A stretch of 64,000 nt of DNA from Hyphochytrium catenoides (taxonomy: Eukaryota > Protista > Hyphochytriomycota). Under the pieces are notes generated by a model that had not been told where the DNA came from, ran no database searches, and saw only the letters and a list, made by a program, of their open reading frames with translations. Each line of letters opens with the position of its first letter. The stretch's first letter is position 1. Of the stretch, positions 12,201 through 25,196 are shown in pieces. Where the stretch lies: contig FLMG01004535.1 in assembly GCA_900088475.1 (NCBI GenBank), forward strand, positions 62,001 to 126,000, in the 5' to 3' direction. Position numbers and translations under genes: made by a program.

Positions 12201-15200
12201 TCCTGGCCGTAGTGCAGCGCTGCAGGCTCCTGTCTCTCCACCACCACGTCGGCCATGGACAGCCCAAAAGCCGAGAGAATACCCGAAAAGCGGTGAATGA
12301 AGATCTTTTTCATTCTGAGAGTAGGAGAGTGACATAAGGGCGCACAAGAAGACAGCAAAGGATCAGCTGAGGAACATGGAGAACTACAGCCAGGAAGGTT
12401 TTACAAAGGCCGGAAAGAGGCTCAGGACAACACCAGTGCTATGAGGAGCAGTAGCGCCTTACCCTAATGACTTAGCTATAGCGCACGCGTGCTGAGGCCC
12501 AGCACCTCCAAAGCAGGCCAAAATATGCTTCGTGATATCGTAGCCTTTCATCTGTGGCGCAGCAGATTAGTTCAGGTCGTTCTGCGTTCAGTTGACATAT
12601 TCTAAGAGAGGCCTGAAGCTTTTCAGTATCTGTCTCTTTTACACTCTGAGGGGCTAAATCGAAAGAACTTTCACTGCCTCCTGGGAACCATATTCTCTGC
12701 TCAAAATGTCCCAACGCACCCTACTTTCCTGGCTTTATCGTCGTACGGATTCCAAGATGAAGACTCCTTTCTCACCTGAGTCAGGTTGCGGATAGGTCGA
12801 CACATTGCCTCGTTTGCCACTTTAATGAAGCCAAAGGCCACCTCGTCAACGGACAGGGGAGGGTGCTCTCCTTCTCTGTCGGCGTTGATCTCCCTTGCTA
12901 GCTCCTCAAACGCCCTTCGAGAGGACTCCACGTCCAGTGGCTGCTTCTCATCTGCAGAGATACAGTCGGAAGGTTATAGGCTAGCGTAAGGGGAAAGGAG
13001 AAGGCACAGGTGAAGGAAGGATCGAATGCCAACCAGAGAAGAGAAGTTTGACTAATAGTGGGACGTGCGGTCGGACACGAAGAAAGTGCTCGAAGTGCGA
13101 AGAAAGCGAGAGGGGCGCAGAATGAAAGCGCAGGAAGTAGAGCACTGGCTGTGGTCTGTCCTCACCTTCGCCAAAGATCTTAGGGAAATACTCTGGGATC
13201 ACTCTCCCTAGTACCACGTTCGCATCGGTCACCGCGAGCTTCCCTCCTTTTTTCCTGTAGCACACAGGCCCAGGATGCGCTCCTGCGCTCTCTGGCCCGA
13301 CCAGAAGCAGGCCCGATCGGTAGAATAGTCTCGATCCTCCTCCAGCGGCGACAGTGTTAATATCAAGCTGTGGAGCTTGAATCGTGATACCTGCTGTCGT
13401 GGTTTCGTACACATGCTCGAAGCTGGACGGGAAAGGAAAAATAAGACGCACCAGTGGAGGAGATGGCCATAGAGCTTATATGCAGAGAAATGGGCTAGTT
13501 CACTACTAACTGAACGAAATGTCGCGCAACAAAGTCTTGTAGAGACATTAAGGGAAGCATAACACTTGTAAGGGTTGGAGGAAGGAGAGAATCGCGTATC
13601 TTACACTCCACTATAGCGAGAGACATCGGTTGAAGTTCCTCCCATATCAAAGCCGATAAGTGCCTGTTTCTCCATCCTTCCCTCTCCTTTATCTCCATTA
13701 TCGTCCTCCCAGTAAGTGCTGGAGGCGTAACCCACCACGCCTCCAGCAGGGCCGGATAGGATGGCCTTATGTCCACTAAAGGACTGCAACGGGGTCAGGC
13801 CACCGTCTGATTGCATAAAAGAGACCTGAGGAGGGGCGAGAAGTCAGTAGCGGGACAAAGTCTAGGATGAGAGCAGCACGTGACGGCGCAGATTGGGATC
13901 TAACACCAAAATGAACGTCACAAGTGGAGACAATTCTATTGAAGAAGCCTAACTCCGTATTCAGCTCCTCCGTCTTTCTAGATCAGTACCGTGCAACCCC
14001 TCGTACAACCCACTGGTCAAGTCATTAAACTAGGGCTTCCCTTACCTGAACCCCCTCGAGGTTGTTGGCGAACCCTGAGCAGAAGGAGTTCAAATATGTC
14101 TGTGGCACACGCGACCTTAGATAGAGCAGTCATCGCGATTTGCTAGCTGGAATGCGCCAAAGCATGTCCCGTGATTGAAGAAAGCATAGAGAATGCCCAG
14201 ACAGAGAAAGAAGATGAAGCACGGGTTCAAGGGAAGAGACAGAGGAAACGGCCTGGACTGACGCTACAGCTTACCTTGATAACCGGGGTGAGGTAGGCAT
14301 CCGCAGTTGTCGTGAAGCCTCGAGGAACGATCTTGACCATTGACATGACGCTCGAAGAGAGAGACACCTGGTCACCATTGAAGTTAGTTCTGTTTTCCCA
14401 CGTGTCTTCCTTTCTTGGTTCTTTTTCTGGGTGCCATCTTCTAAGCAGACAGGATATCCTACCTGTTTGAAACCTAGCTCCGCCGCTATAGCGCCAACCT
14501 CCCTTTCATGGCCTGGGAATGTGTAGGAGTGCATCAGCACCACCGCCACGCTTCGAATGCCCTTGTCGTGGAGGCGCTGTAGCCAACAGAGAACGCAAAT
14601 GGACAGAGTGAGGAAAATAAATAGAGTCCGATGCCCATGTGAGGTGGAAGTAGAAGGGGGAGGACACGGGTGAGGTACAGGGACAGACTCTTGAGGTCGC
14701 CATCGTTTGATAAAGTAAAAAGATGTTGTCGCTCTGGCCCCACCTGTAGCTCTTTCTTCAGCTTATCCCTCGCCAGCGGCTTCAGAATTCGGACTCTCTC
14801 TCCAGTGACTCCTATCCGCTCATTCTGTTCGAGAGGACTAGAGAGAGAAGGAGGAAGGAGCTGGACTCTTTCCTCCACCTCGACGACCTCTTCGTACAGG
14901 ACCTGATTCCGTAGCCGCATCGGAGATTGAGTTGGGAAGAGGGTGAGAAGAGAGAGTGAGGAAGAAAGAGAGAGTGAGGAAGAAAGAGAGAGGGAGAGCA
15001 ATAGAAGGCGGAAAGAAGAAGGTGCTTTAGCTATGAGAGGAGATGATGGCACCCTTCCTTCCTTTCTTGGTACTGCCGCTTTGTAGGCAACATAAGCAAC
15101 ACTCAGTGATCCGCTCAGTAAGGCTAGGACGCAGCCCTTCAGCCCTTCTTTTCCCTGGGGCCCTTCCTGCTCTGAAACTCTCTCTTCTTTGCCTTCTCTC

Positions 15201-15437
15201 CCTCTCTGTGGAACTACTCTCCCTCTCCTTCGTCCTCAGCTTCTTCTATCTACACCTACGTCCGGCGTCTGTATCTGAAGGTCGAAGATCTTTGGCCTGC
15301 TCTGATTCCCAATGAATAGCAGGTCTTTAAAACCAGCAGTGCAAACCAAGGCACAACGCTCTCCTTGACGTTCGAGCAAAGCGTTGGTAGCCACTGTCGT
15401 GCCTAGAGATGGCGAAGAAATTGAGAGACACCTTACC

Positions 15438-15492
<55 letters not shown>

Positions 15493-16169
15493 GAGAGGCA
15501 GACGGACAGACAGAGAACGACAGAAAGACAAAAGAACGAGAGAGAGCAAGAGAAAAGTCTGATAAGAGAAGAGAAGAGCAGAGTAAGAGAGAGAGAGAGA
15601 GAGAGAGAGAGGACGAAAATGAGAGAGAGAGAGAGCTCTACTGGCTGTTTGGTAGAGTTTGCCTCATCCTCCTCACCCATACGAATATACTCGATGCGGG
15701 AGGTGTCCAGCGGCTTGTCTCTTGGGTGGGCGATGCCTGTGACATCTTCTAAGATCCGTCTGATGCCCTCCCTGATAGGCAAGAGCCATGCAGGAGAGAG
15801 GATAGAAGAGGTGAGAATGGTAGGGAAGAGGGAAGGGTCAAGAGGGACAGTGTCTGAGAGAGAGAGAGAGAGAGTTTACCAAGTAGAGCAGATAAAGAGA
15901 AGGACACGTCGTTGGACTATTGTCCTCTTGCAGCTTCCTAGCGGTAGAGAAAGTTCCGCGTCGGAAGAAAGAAAAGGGCAGGAGAAGGACAAAGGAGGCA
16001 GAAGGAACCAGAGCAAGGGGTACCTTGGTGCGTCGGGGTAGTTCTCTGGGTCTTCTGACAGGAGCTTGCAAACTCTGTAGCCTGGCTCTCCCGGGACAAA
16101 GGCGAACACATCGGTAAAGGTCCCACCGCGGTCAATAGAAAAGCGGAAGCCTTTCTTCTGCGATGCCAT
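6227..16169 (-). CDS. OPLAH: 5-oxoprolinase (ATP-hydrolysing; fused hydantoinase A/B type), about 31 exons
   Basis: Motifs in order: [174 protein letters not shown], ending [13 protein letters not shown]. All introns resolved as GT-AG. Confidence 0.97.
15440..15635. repeat. (GA)n/(GACA)n microsatellite in OPLAH intron 2
   Basis: Visible tract; reads (CT)n on the transcribed strand. Confidence 0.9.
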
Positions 16170-16935
16170 GCTGTCCTCTTCTTATTGTCCTTCTCCTGTA
16201 AAGATCTATGGCTGCTGAGACGGGGAGAGTCAACCAGGAAGCAGACTGCACAATGCTGATCGAGTCTCCGTCTCCGGAGCACTTGCAAGCAGGACGGCCG
16301 CAGCTCTGTCGTGCCAAGACGGTCAATGAGGAAGAGACTTTTTATCTCCACGCTCCTCTTCTGTCCCAAGATGAATCACCTCTTCCTCGACAGTGTCGAC
16401 TTCGGTACTCTGTTCACTCTCATTCTCTCTCGACTCAAGCTAGTGCTCTCACTCTCTCGCCTCATCTCCCTCTTCCTCTCTCCCTTGCTTACTTTCTTCT
16501 TCCTTCCCTCCTCTCCGTTGCCCCTCCTCTCTCTCTCNNNNNNNNNNNNNNNNNNNNNNNNNNNNNNNNNNNNNNNNNNNCTCCCTCTCTCTCTCTCTCT
16601 CTCTTACCTCCTCTCATCAGAATGCTGGTCTCTGGATTCTGACTCTTGAATCGAAGAGAAGAGGTGTCCCCTACAGGCAGGTCCAAGAATAATATGCTGC
16701 GTATCAAGGCTCAAGCGACTGTTATATACAGTTAGGCCTAGGAATAGCGTATTTTGGCAGATGGTAGCGGATCTAAATACATTTTAAACTCCCTATACGA
16801 CTCTATGTAGAGTAATGATTAGTTATACCTCTTATTGATTATGCTGCCCTACCTTATATCGTCGCAATTCAGTAGCTAAGAGAACTTTCCTACCTTCGAG
16901 AGGACCAAGATCTGGAGCTTTGGTTCGCTCTCTCT

Positions 16936-16971
<36 letters not shown>

Positions 16972-17005
16972 NNNNNNNNNNNNNNNNNCTCTCTCTCTCT
17001 TTCCG

Positions 17006-17037
<32 letters not shown>

Positions 17038-20000
17038 ATCTTTCTTTTCTCTCTGTCTGGTTTTATTAGGTCTCTCCGCCTGTCACTTTGGAACTCCATC
17101 AGTCTCTGATCTGTTGACAAGGTGAAGACATTCATCAACCAACCCTGCTCGCATCTCCCAGCGTCAAGGATCCTGCCATAGAAACTGCTTCAGCGAGAAC
17201 CTTCGACATTGACCGTTGGCAAGGTGGGAGAGAGGCAGTGGCTTAGGCCCAGATACTTTATTAACGCGATGGACTGATGGTAGCTCTTTCAAGCGAGAGA
17301 GTCCCATCAAGAGTGCCTTTGGGCCAGACAGCACGGATTCCCGCTGCCACGGAGACCGAGCAACTTTGAGAGCTAAGGTCTACGGACAGTTGGGCCTCCG
17401 TTCAAGTCTGCCATAATCCTCATTGGTCATCTGCCCACGTCTCGCCAGTTGTCCGCACGGCACTCCAATAAGGTGATGCTTGCCACAGATGTCAGACAGT
17501 CCGCCGTTGAGAAGAGTAGCCCTTCGATACTAGAGCTTCATGAGGACACGGCGAGAGTCAAACAACCCCTAATCCAGCCCTTTCGCTTTACCTTAAAAAA
17601 TGCACGGAATAAAGCGCAGACCTTCTTGCTTCATTGCTGGCGGGCAACGCCGTGATCTTTCTTTTGGCTTGCCGATCGCTTGTAGGGTAGGCGGCCCTGA
17701 GTAGCTCTTCCAAGTGTGCCCCAATAGCAACCGGTGAACGGAGGACATATAGAAGGCTCTCTTGTCAGACAGAGTTGGTCTCGGAGGACACGGAGAAGGC
17801 TCTCGCGGCCTAGAGATGTTAACCCTTCTCAATGTCAGACGATGCCTAATCATTCAGAAGGTTTATTATTAAATCGTGACGGAAAGCGTAGACGGTGGAC
17901 TTGTGACACGTTGAAACAACGGCGATCACGCTAGACGGGTAGATTCAGGGGATCACCCGTCAGGAGGAGCGGACGCTTACCCTCTCCCTGGGATTGGATT
18001 GGACCGTAGAGCTCGTGACACCAACAGAACCACCATGCCATGGTATCGGGATCATGCGAATCGCTACCTAAGGCCCTGACATCAACGACTAAGAGCTGGA
18101 CTAGAGATGCTACGGCCTCAATCTTGCCGCACATATTCGACCGGCTTAGATCCTCTTCCACAAGTGAGCAGTGTACCGGCAACATCTCCAGCCCCGTTAG
18201 GTTGTGACACTCAAGAACTCCTACGGTACGGCAAAAGCATTAACCAACAGGAGGGCATTCCTGAGCACCCTTGAGAGTGGAAATCTTGTGGCTGACGCCA
18301 ATGATGGTGCATGAGCTCGTCAGGAGATCAGGACAATAACCACTTTTGAGCCTGGCGGACTAATATTCAGACTTCACCAAGCCCTCGCCGTCCGCTAGCC
18401 CGCCCGCAAAAGCGGAACTGGGACTCGTATAGGAGAAGCAGAGAGGGAGCAGCGGGCTTGCTACGGATAGTGATTTGTACGGCGGGACCCGTCACTGCGG
18501 CGCAATGTATGCCTCACCTCCATGAGTCGAGGGCATGAAGTAGGAGGAGTAGACATTATGATGCGAGCGTCAGGACGAGAACGATAAGAACTTGCTTTAC
18601 TAGTTGGACAGACGTAAGAGAGAGAGCAAGCGCTAACCTAAAAGAGGAAGACATCAGGAGAACAGTGAGGGGTGGCGAGGACATGACAATGACCAGAGAG
18701 AGAGAGACAGAGAGAGAGAGAGAGACCGGTGAGTAGAGATAATGCGTAATCTCCTTAAGGTGGACGACTTCCTATATTATTCTATAGAGTCGATGATGAT
18801 GCCTTCCATCTCTCCATAGACAAAGAGATTGTTGGGTTCACTAAGATGAAGAACTCGCTGCTAGTAGTCCATCACTAGCCATAGTGCTATGCTGTTAGGG
18901 TCCCTTCCATACCCTCATCACGCCTATGTGTTACTCTTCCTTCCATCGCCGACTCGTACGACCCTGCTGCGTCTAACAGGCGACAGACAGGAGGAGCAAC
19001 GGGAGAACCACCGGCAGCAGCGCGCCGAGCGGGAAGAGGAGGAAGGCAGCAGGTTCGCCGAAAGGAAGAGGAGAAAGAACAAGAGCACAACGGCGAGCAT
19101 GTAGATGGATGGCGCAGGTATGAACTATCCAATGACGATGCCCCCGACTGCCTAAAGGTTGATCACCTTGCCCGTCGCTTGGCCTCACAAGCTCCCAGGT
19201 CCTGTTGGTCTGCCGCAGCAGCCGCCACCAAGCTCACAACTCCCTGCTGCTCTGGAGCAGCAGTAGCGGCAGCAGCAAAGACCTAGTAGACCAGCCGCCG
19301 TGGTCTGTCTCCCTCTGCGGGACCTAACACGCGCTCTGTCGAGGCTGCGGACCGAACGAGCACGCCCTTTCGAACGTAACGCACTCTTCTTAGCGGCGTA
19401 CGATTGGGTAGAGTTGGGGGAGCTAGCCCTAGGTAGAGGAACATGGGGGAGAAGGATTGAGAACTGAAGAAGATAGAGGAAGATCCTTTGGTGCAGGTTT
19501 CTGTTCTTTTTTTCCCTCTCCAACACGTCCTTGTGGTCTCTTCTCTATCTAATAAAAAAAAGGCATCATCACTCTTTCATCACCCTTCGCATGGTCTCTC
19601 NNNNNNNNNNNNNNNNNNNNNNNNNNNNNNNNNNNNNNNNNNNNNNNNNNNNNNNNNNNNNNNNNNNNNNNNNNNNTCTCTCTCCCTTTCTCGGTCTCCT
19701 TCTCTGTCTCCTCTCCCTCTCTATTTCTCTCTCTCTCTCCCTTACTCTCTCTCTCTCCCTTCTCTCTCTCTGTATGCCCCCTGTTTCTCTCTCTGTCTCT
19801 TCTCTCTCTCTCAACCTTTATCTCTTTCTTCTCTGGATTGTGCAAGCTGAGCTATTCCTCGTTGTCCTGCCGCTGGCCTCTCCCTCGCAGAACCGCTTCG
19901 CAGCCTCGTAGCTCAGCAGCTTCCCCAGTACAGATTTCCACTGGCCGGACCCTCCTTCTCCTCCCTGACTCAAACGAAGTGCTGGCAACCGCTCCTATAA

Positions 20001-20109
20001 CTCTTACTTTCTAGGGTTGATGACGTGATAGATTGAGCGACAGGAGAGACGGAGACGGATTAACGAGAGGAGACGGACAGTGCTTTCCTACTCTGGGTGT
20101 CACCGCTCT

Positions 20110-20435
20110 ATGGTGGTTGCTGAGATGGAGGGCTGGCTCAAGCGCCGCAATGAGTCTCAAGGCTCGGGCTGGATCTGGAGTACGTGAGAAGACATCGAAT
20201 GGGGAAGAGAGAGAAGGGCGAGAGAATAGAGTGAAGAGTGAGAGATGGACGACCAGAATAGACGAACTGCGGGCCGAGAGTGTGCTCCAGAGTGACCCAA
20301 CGCCGTGATAAGAAGGCAGTGTGAGACGAGATGACTGGGGAAATGACAATGCTGAGTACGGGAAAGAGAGATATGGCGAGAAAGAGAGGCACTTTGAGAA
20401 TGCAGTCATCGCTAATATACACCCGCTCCTCTCTG

Positions 20436-20492
<57 letters not shown>

Positions 20493-23400
20493 CGTGCATT
20501 CTCCTTCTTTTGTCGGTGGTGCGCTCCCCCTTTGAATCACTGGACAGGCAAGCGGTACTTTCACTTGGAAGGGAATAAGCTGCTGTGGTTCAAGAACCAG
20601 GGTGATCCTGTCAGTCAGACATCGCTCGACCTACTTCCTTTCTAGTCACCGGATGCCACTGTCTCACACCTACGGCGGCGGTGACATCCTCATCACGTAT
20701 CATCTCTGTCCAGCTATGTCGCTACGAAGCTCTTTGGCAGTCACCATCACCTCTTTTGCGTCCTTCTATCTCTTCCTACTCTTCTCAGAGGTGTCTTTCC
20801 TGTGTGGCTCTCGCCGTGTCCGTTCGAATTCCTGTCAGTCTCTTCTTCTACCGAGTGTGATCGTGTCCTGGTCATTCTTTCCTGTCCTCTTTCGCTCTTT
20901 CCCTCTGTCGTCCTAAGCCACCTAGGCGTCCACTAAGCTCTTAATCCATGCCTCTTTGTGCTCTAGCGGCCCCGTGGGACATATATCCTGACCCCCAGCT
21001 GTTCAGTGGGAGAAGTGTTTGATTCCTCTTTGAAGCACAAGCATCATGGTCCTTTATCCTCCTCATCTAGTGACAGTCTTCTTTCTCCTTCTCGCCTCTG
21101 CTGTCTTAAAGTTAGGCTCTTAGTATCCCAGCTGGCGCTTTCCTCCTACTTGCCTTTGCTGTTGGCTGGTATTAAAATATATCCGTGAGATAGATCGCTG
21201 CCCTGCTCTCTCCTCGTTTCCAGCTCTCTTCTGACTCCCTCCCTCTCTCCGTCTCGCTCCCCGTTGCTCATCCATGCGCACTCAACTCCTCATCCATAGA
21301 TCGTGTTTGGATGTTCCGTCTATCCTTCGCTGTCGAAGCCTCAGGCAGGCTTAGTACCAAGCGCAGAACCCTCCGTATCATTGATCTGGGCGCTCCCACA
21401 GAGGAGAACGGCAAGCAATGGCGGGATGCTATTTACAAAGCTATCAAAGCGGTAAGAGGTCTCTCACGTAGAGAAGACTCTAAAGCATTCAGGTGGTAAC
21501 AAGACCTGTATCTGTCTTGCCATGTTTCTCCTCTTCGGTTGGTCTTTCCCTAATCTTACTAATCTCACTCTAGTCAGAGCACATGCGCTTGGAAAGAGCA
21601 GCTCTTAGTCGCGTGAAAGATGTTGGGATCATCCCGGCAAACATGGAGTCGATTCTTACAGATAAGACATTTCTCGGCAGCTATGCGCAGAGGAGAGAAG
21701 AGGAAGTAGCCACTAGGCTGTCCTTGAGCTCAGATTCCGGCGGCAGAAGTAATGACACGCTCTTTCATTGTTCCTGCTCTACTGCTTTATCTTCTTCCTT
21801 CGATACACCGCTTCTGCCCTTAAAGCAGCCGCAGCCATAGCTTCTTCGGCGGTGCAATCTATACTTTGGGCTGGACCGTCTCCCTCCAATGAGAACCTCT
21901 GGTCTCGTTTCGATAACCCTATACAAGCCATCGAGCAACGTTCTTCGGCGTTACCTCCAATCTGTTCGTCTTACCTAGCTTGCTTTTCCTTCTCTGGCTG
22001 ACTTCAAAAAGGTTCCGAGCTGATAAGGGAATCATCAAGTGGCTCCTCATGGACGGATCTTGCTGGCGTGGGGAAGGATAAAGAGAAGGAGGAAGCACCT
22101 ACCTCTTCTTGGAGAGTATTCAACATCGAAGGAGGGCTACGGATTATGAAGGAATATGCTGTCAGCGACAAGCTTCTTGGTAGCCACTCTTCCAGGACCT
22201 CTGACTGTCATGTCTCTCCTATACTGCCTGTTACTGCGCACGCAAAGTCTTCAACTCTTTGCCCTGGTTATTCCTCTCTTCGTGGTCCTTTCTCTATATT
22301 AGCTTGGGATGTCCCAGTCTGTTGGCTAATACACGCACTCTCTCTGCTAGAGGCCAAATTTCTCAATGACGCTCGGGCGGACAATCAAGCCTCCTTGCGG
22401 GCAGTGATCGTGGGCACTTTGTCCGTCTTCTGCTTTCCCTTTCTCATGCCGATCAATGTCTTCGCGTCAATTCTTCTTGCGGTACTTCTGGGGTTTTTGC
22501 TTCTCCTGAAAGGGGCTTCGAAAGACCGAAGAAGAGATATTCCAGCCCTGAAGGTGCCGTAGATAGGCGAAAGATATGTGGGATGGTCCCCTTATCGAAG
22601 ATCGTACTGTTTGCTTCCTTTGTTGAGTCTTCATCCTCCCTCGATGCGTTGCCAGTTGGGACCAGGCATCTTCATTTGTCTGCTTCACCATGGCCTCTTC
22701 ACATTCCTCTTCCTTATATATTTTTCGTTTGCTCCGTATGCCCAACGTCCGCTATCGTAGGTCTCGGAGGTGGTCCGAGGCTCTCCGGAGTCCATCTGCA
22801 GGCTTATCACGGCGCCAGACCAGTGGCACCGCTGGTCTGGATCGGTGCTAGCTGCAGAGGTGCTGCAGGAGATAGATCAGCATACCAAGATCGTCCACTC
22901 TGTCTGTAGACCCGTTTGGCTGTGGCCTATGTGGCACAGGCCAAGAGATATGGTGTACATGCAATACTGGAGGTAGGATGGCTCTTCTCTTCCTCCAAGC
23001 GCCAACCGCTTGTCTCGAGGACCTCCACTACAGGTGTCATGATCTATCTTACTGCCTCCGTCCCTCGTTCCTTGATACTCAGGCAGGAGGAGGACGGGAG
23101 TTTCGTAGTCATTCTTCAAAGTGTCCAACATCCGTCTTGCCCTCCTCAGCGGCGGTACGTCCGATCAAACATCATCGGCGCGGCCTACACCATTGCACCG
23201 CGAAGGCCTGAGAAGAGTCACCTAGGTCCCCAGACTTCTCTGGTCGAGTTTGTCTTAAGGTTTGCTTGTTTCTTATTCGCACAGCCTCTTCGTCTGGCTT
23301 GCTGCGGCCGTCCTCTTCTGCCCTGCACGGTCTCTTGCCCCTTCGGGGTCTCTAGTTCTCTCAGCCAACCTTAGATCTGACATAAGTGTCTTCCTCCGAC

Positions 23401-25002
23401 CCTTGATTTTGGAATTAATGTCCAGATATGACCCTGAGGGCTGGGCTCCGCTATGGAGTGGGTTCGAGAGAGATCTAGAGTTCTGCCTGCCACTACTGAA
23501 GAACGTGATAGGCATCAGGGACGAGATGAATCGCAGTGACTTCATTGAGCCGAGAATCACCATGGTGGAGCAGGAGAAGAGAATTCTAGCTGTGGACCAT
23601 CAAGGTATGCAGACAGAGTCAGAAGGACTATCGGAAGGCAAATGGGGCATGATGATGAGAAAGAGACGAGAGAAAAACGTAAAAAGGGTGGGACTGGGAG
23701 ACGAACGCCCTGCTAGACGGACCCAGCATAAAGTGGACGACTTTCTTGCTTCCTAGCATAGGGTCTTTCTTTTATGATAGCTCATAGGTACTTCCTGGGA
23801 AAAGGGCAGCTACCATTTGACTGGACAAACGAAGGAAGCCGGACTGCTTGTCGATGGAAAAGGACGGACACGGTTGACTAAGAAACAACGTACTCATAAC
23901 GTATTTGCTGCAGGTCTCGTGACAGGCCTGAAGCGCTATCCATCTACTCTTCCAACCAAGTATTGGGGAGAACCTGACGGTTCGCTCTTCATGGTCCGAG
24001 GCCCCAGCTATCTTCTTGACAAGGCTAAAGTTAGAGCAGGCCCTGCAGCTTTCCACCTTGTGGCGGTTGATGCCTTTGCTGTGGAGGTAATATATATCAC
24101 TTCTCTTCTTTTTCTGCTGCCCGCATTCACAATGTCCTGATGCTTCTCCTTAATCTCCGTCTTTTACTTGCTGCGGCATGGCGTTGGACCTATTCCCTTT
24201 TGTCATATAGAACCCCGCAGACCGATGGGACATTGCGGGTCACCCGGAGAGCTTTGTACAGAGGCTGCAGAAAGAACAAGGAGACAGTGCACCTTTCACC
24301 TTTGTCGTCCACTACGCCATTCCTTCCAAGCAGAACTATAGCGTTGTTACGTACTTCCAGCCCGCGGATCCATTGTTCTTTGAGCGGCGAACTGTCCTAA
24401 GCGAACTCCTCACGGACTTTATAGATGGCGGGGACGACCATTTCCGTAACAGCAGGATCAAGCTGATCCCTAACGTGGTAGAAGGAAACTTCCTCTTGAA
24501 AAAGGCGGCCCGTCCAGTCCTTCTTGGCCCTGTCTGTCAGTACCATCGCGGCCATAACTACTTTGAGGTGGACATCAGCATTGAGCACGACCCATTGGCA
24601 CACCAGGTAGGAGAATGAGAGGAGAGAGACGACAACCAAACTCTGATTTCCCTGAAGCATACATCGCACTAACTCTCTCTCTTTCTTTCGCTGTATTTCC
24701 GTTGCCATTTTCCCTCTGCTTATGTACAGATTGTGAGCATGGCTGTGGGCATAGCAAAGCACATTGTCGTAGATCTGGCCATTCTTCTGGAGAGTCAGCT
24801 CCAAGAAGAGCTTCCAGAGACAATTTTGGGCACTTTCAGGTTGGCGCACGTGGACCCAACAGCCTTTGACGTCAAAAAGTTGCCACCTAGGCCAAACTCA
24901 AAGCGATTGAGAACAGAATCAGACAATGGCGAGATAGCTTCGCCCTCTTCCTTGTCGTTACCCCGAGAGAGCGGCGAGGCGAACTCTCCGAGGCCATCAT
25001 AG
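20110..25002 (+). CDS. EDR2: EDR2-like protein: PH domain + START lipid-binding domain + C-terminal DUF1336 (EDR2_C); multi-exon, may extend further 5'
   Basis: PH: MEGWLKRR..WIWS|KRYFHLEGNKLLWFK..PRGTYIL..LGAPTEENGKQWRDAI. START: WRVFNIEGGLRI..VLQEIDQHTKIVH..RPRDMVYMQYWR|QEEDGSFVVILQSVQHPSCPP..YVRSNI. DUF1336: FMVRGPSYLLDKAK, FRNSRIKLIPNVVEG, GHNYFEVDI, VVDLAILLESQLQEELPETILG. The frame stays open upstream to an acceptor near 20031, so exons in 18900-19400 are possible. Confidence 0.9.
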
Positions 25003-25196
25003 TATATGCAGGGCCGCCGCGTCTGCGAGAGGAGAACCCTTACTTGCCACTTCCGCGGCTCCAGTAGGTCCTGGGCATAATCATCGGCCTTCAAGGATAT
25101 CTGCAGCTGGCATACGCCATATTCTTGCGGCATTAGCGGCCTTCCTTATCTTTCTTCTTCCTTTCTATCAGATGAGAAGCGTAAAATTCTAAGCAG

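Noticed and set aside
6227-16169. Alternative genetic code or stop readthrough as an explanation for the fragmented ORFs
   Set aside because: All exons join by standard GT-AG splicing with no in-frame stops, and TAA, TAG and TGA all appear as normal terminators in the window.
16538-16580. N runs here and at seven other sites
   Set aside because: Assembly gaps or masking inside microsatellites. Technical, although they hide the true tract lengths.
16208-16642. Plus-strand ORF starting 38 nt from the OPLAH start codon
   Set aside because: It would overlap the OPLAH 5' UTR/promoter, runs into a CT tract and gap, and shows no homology.
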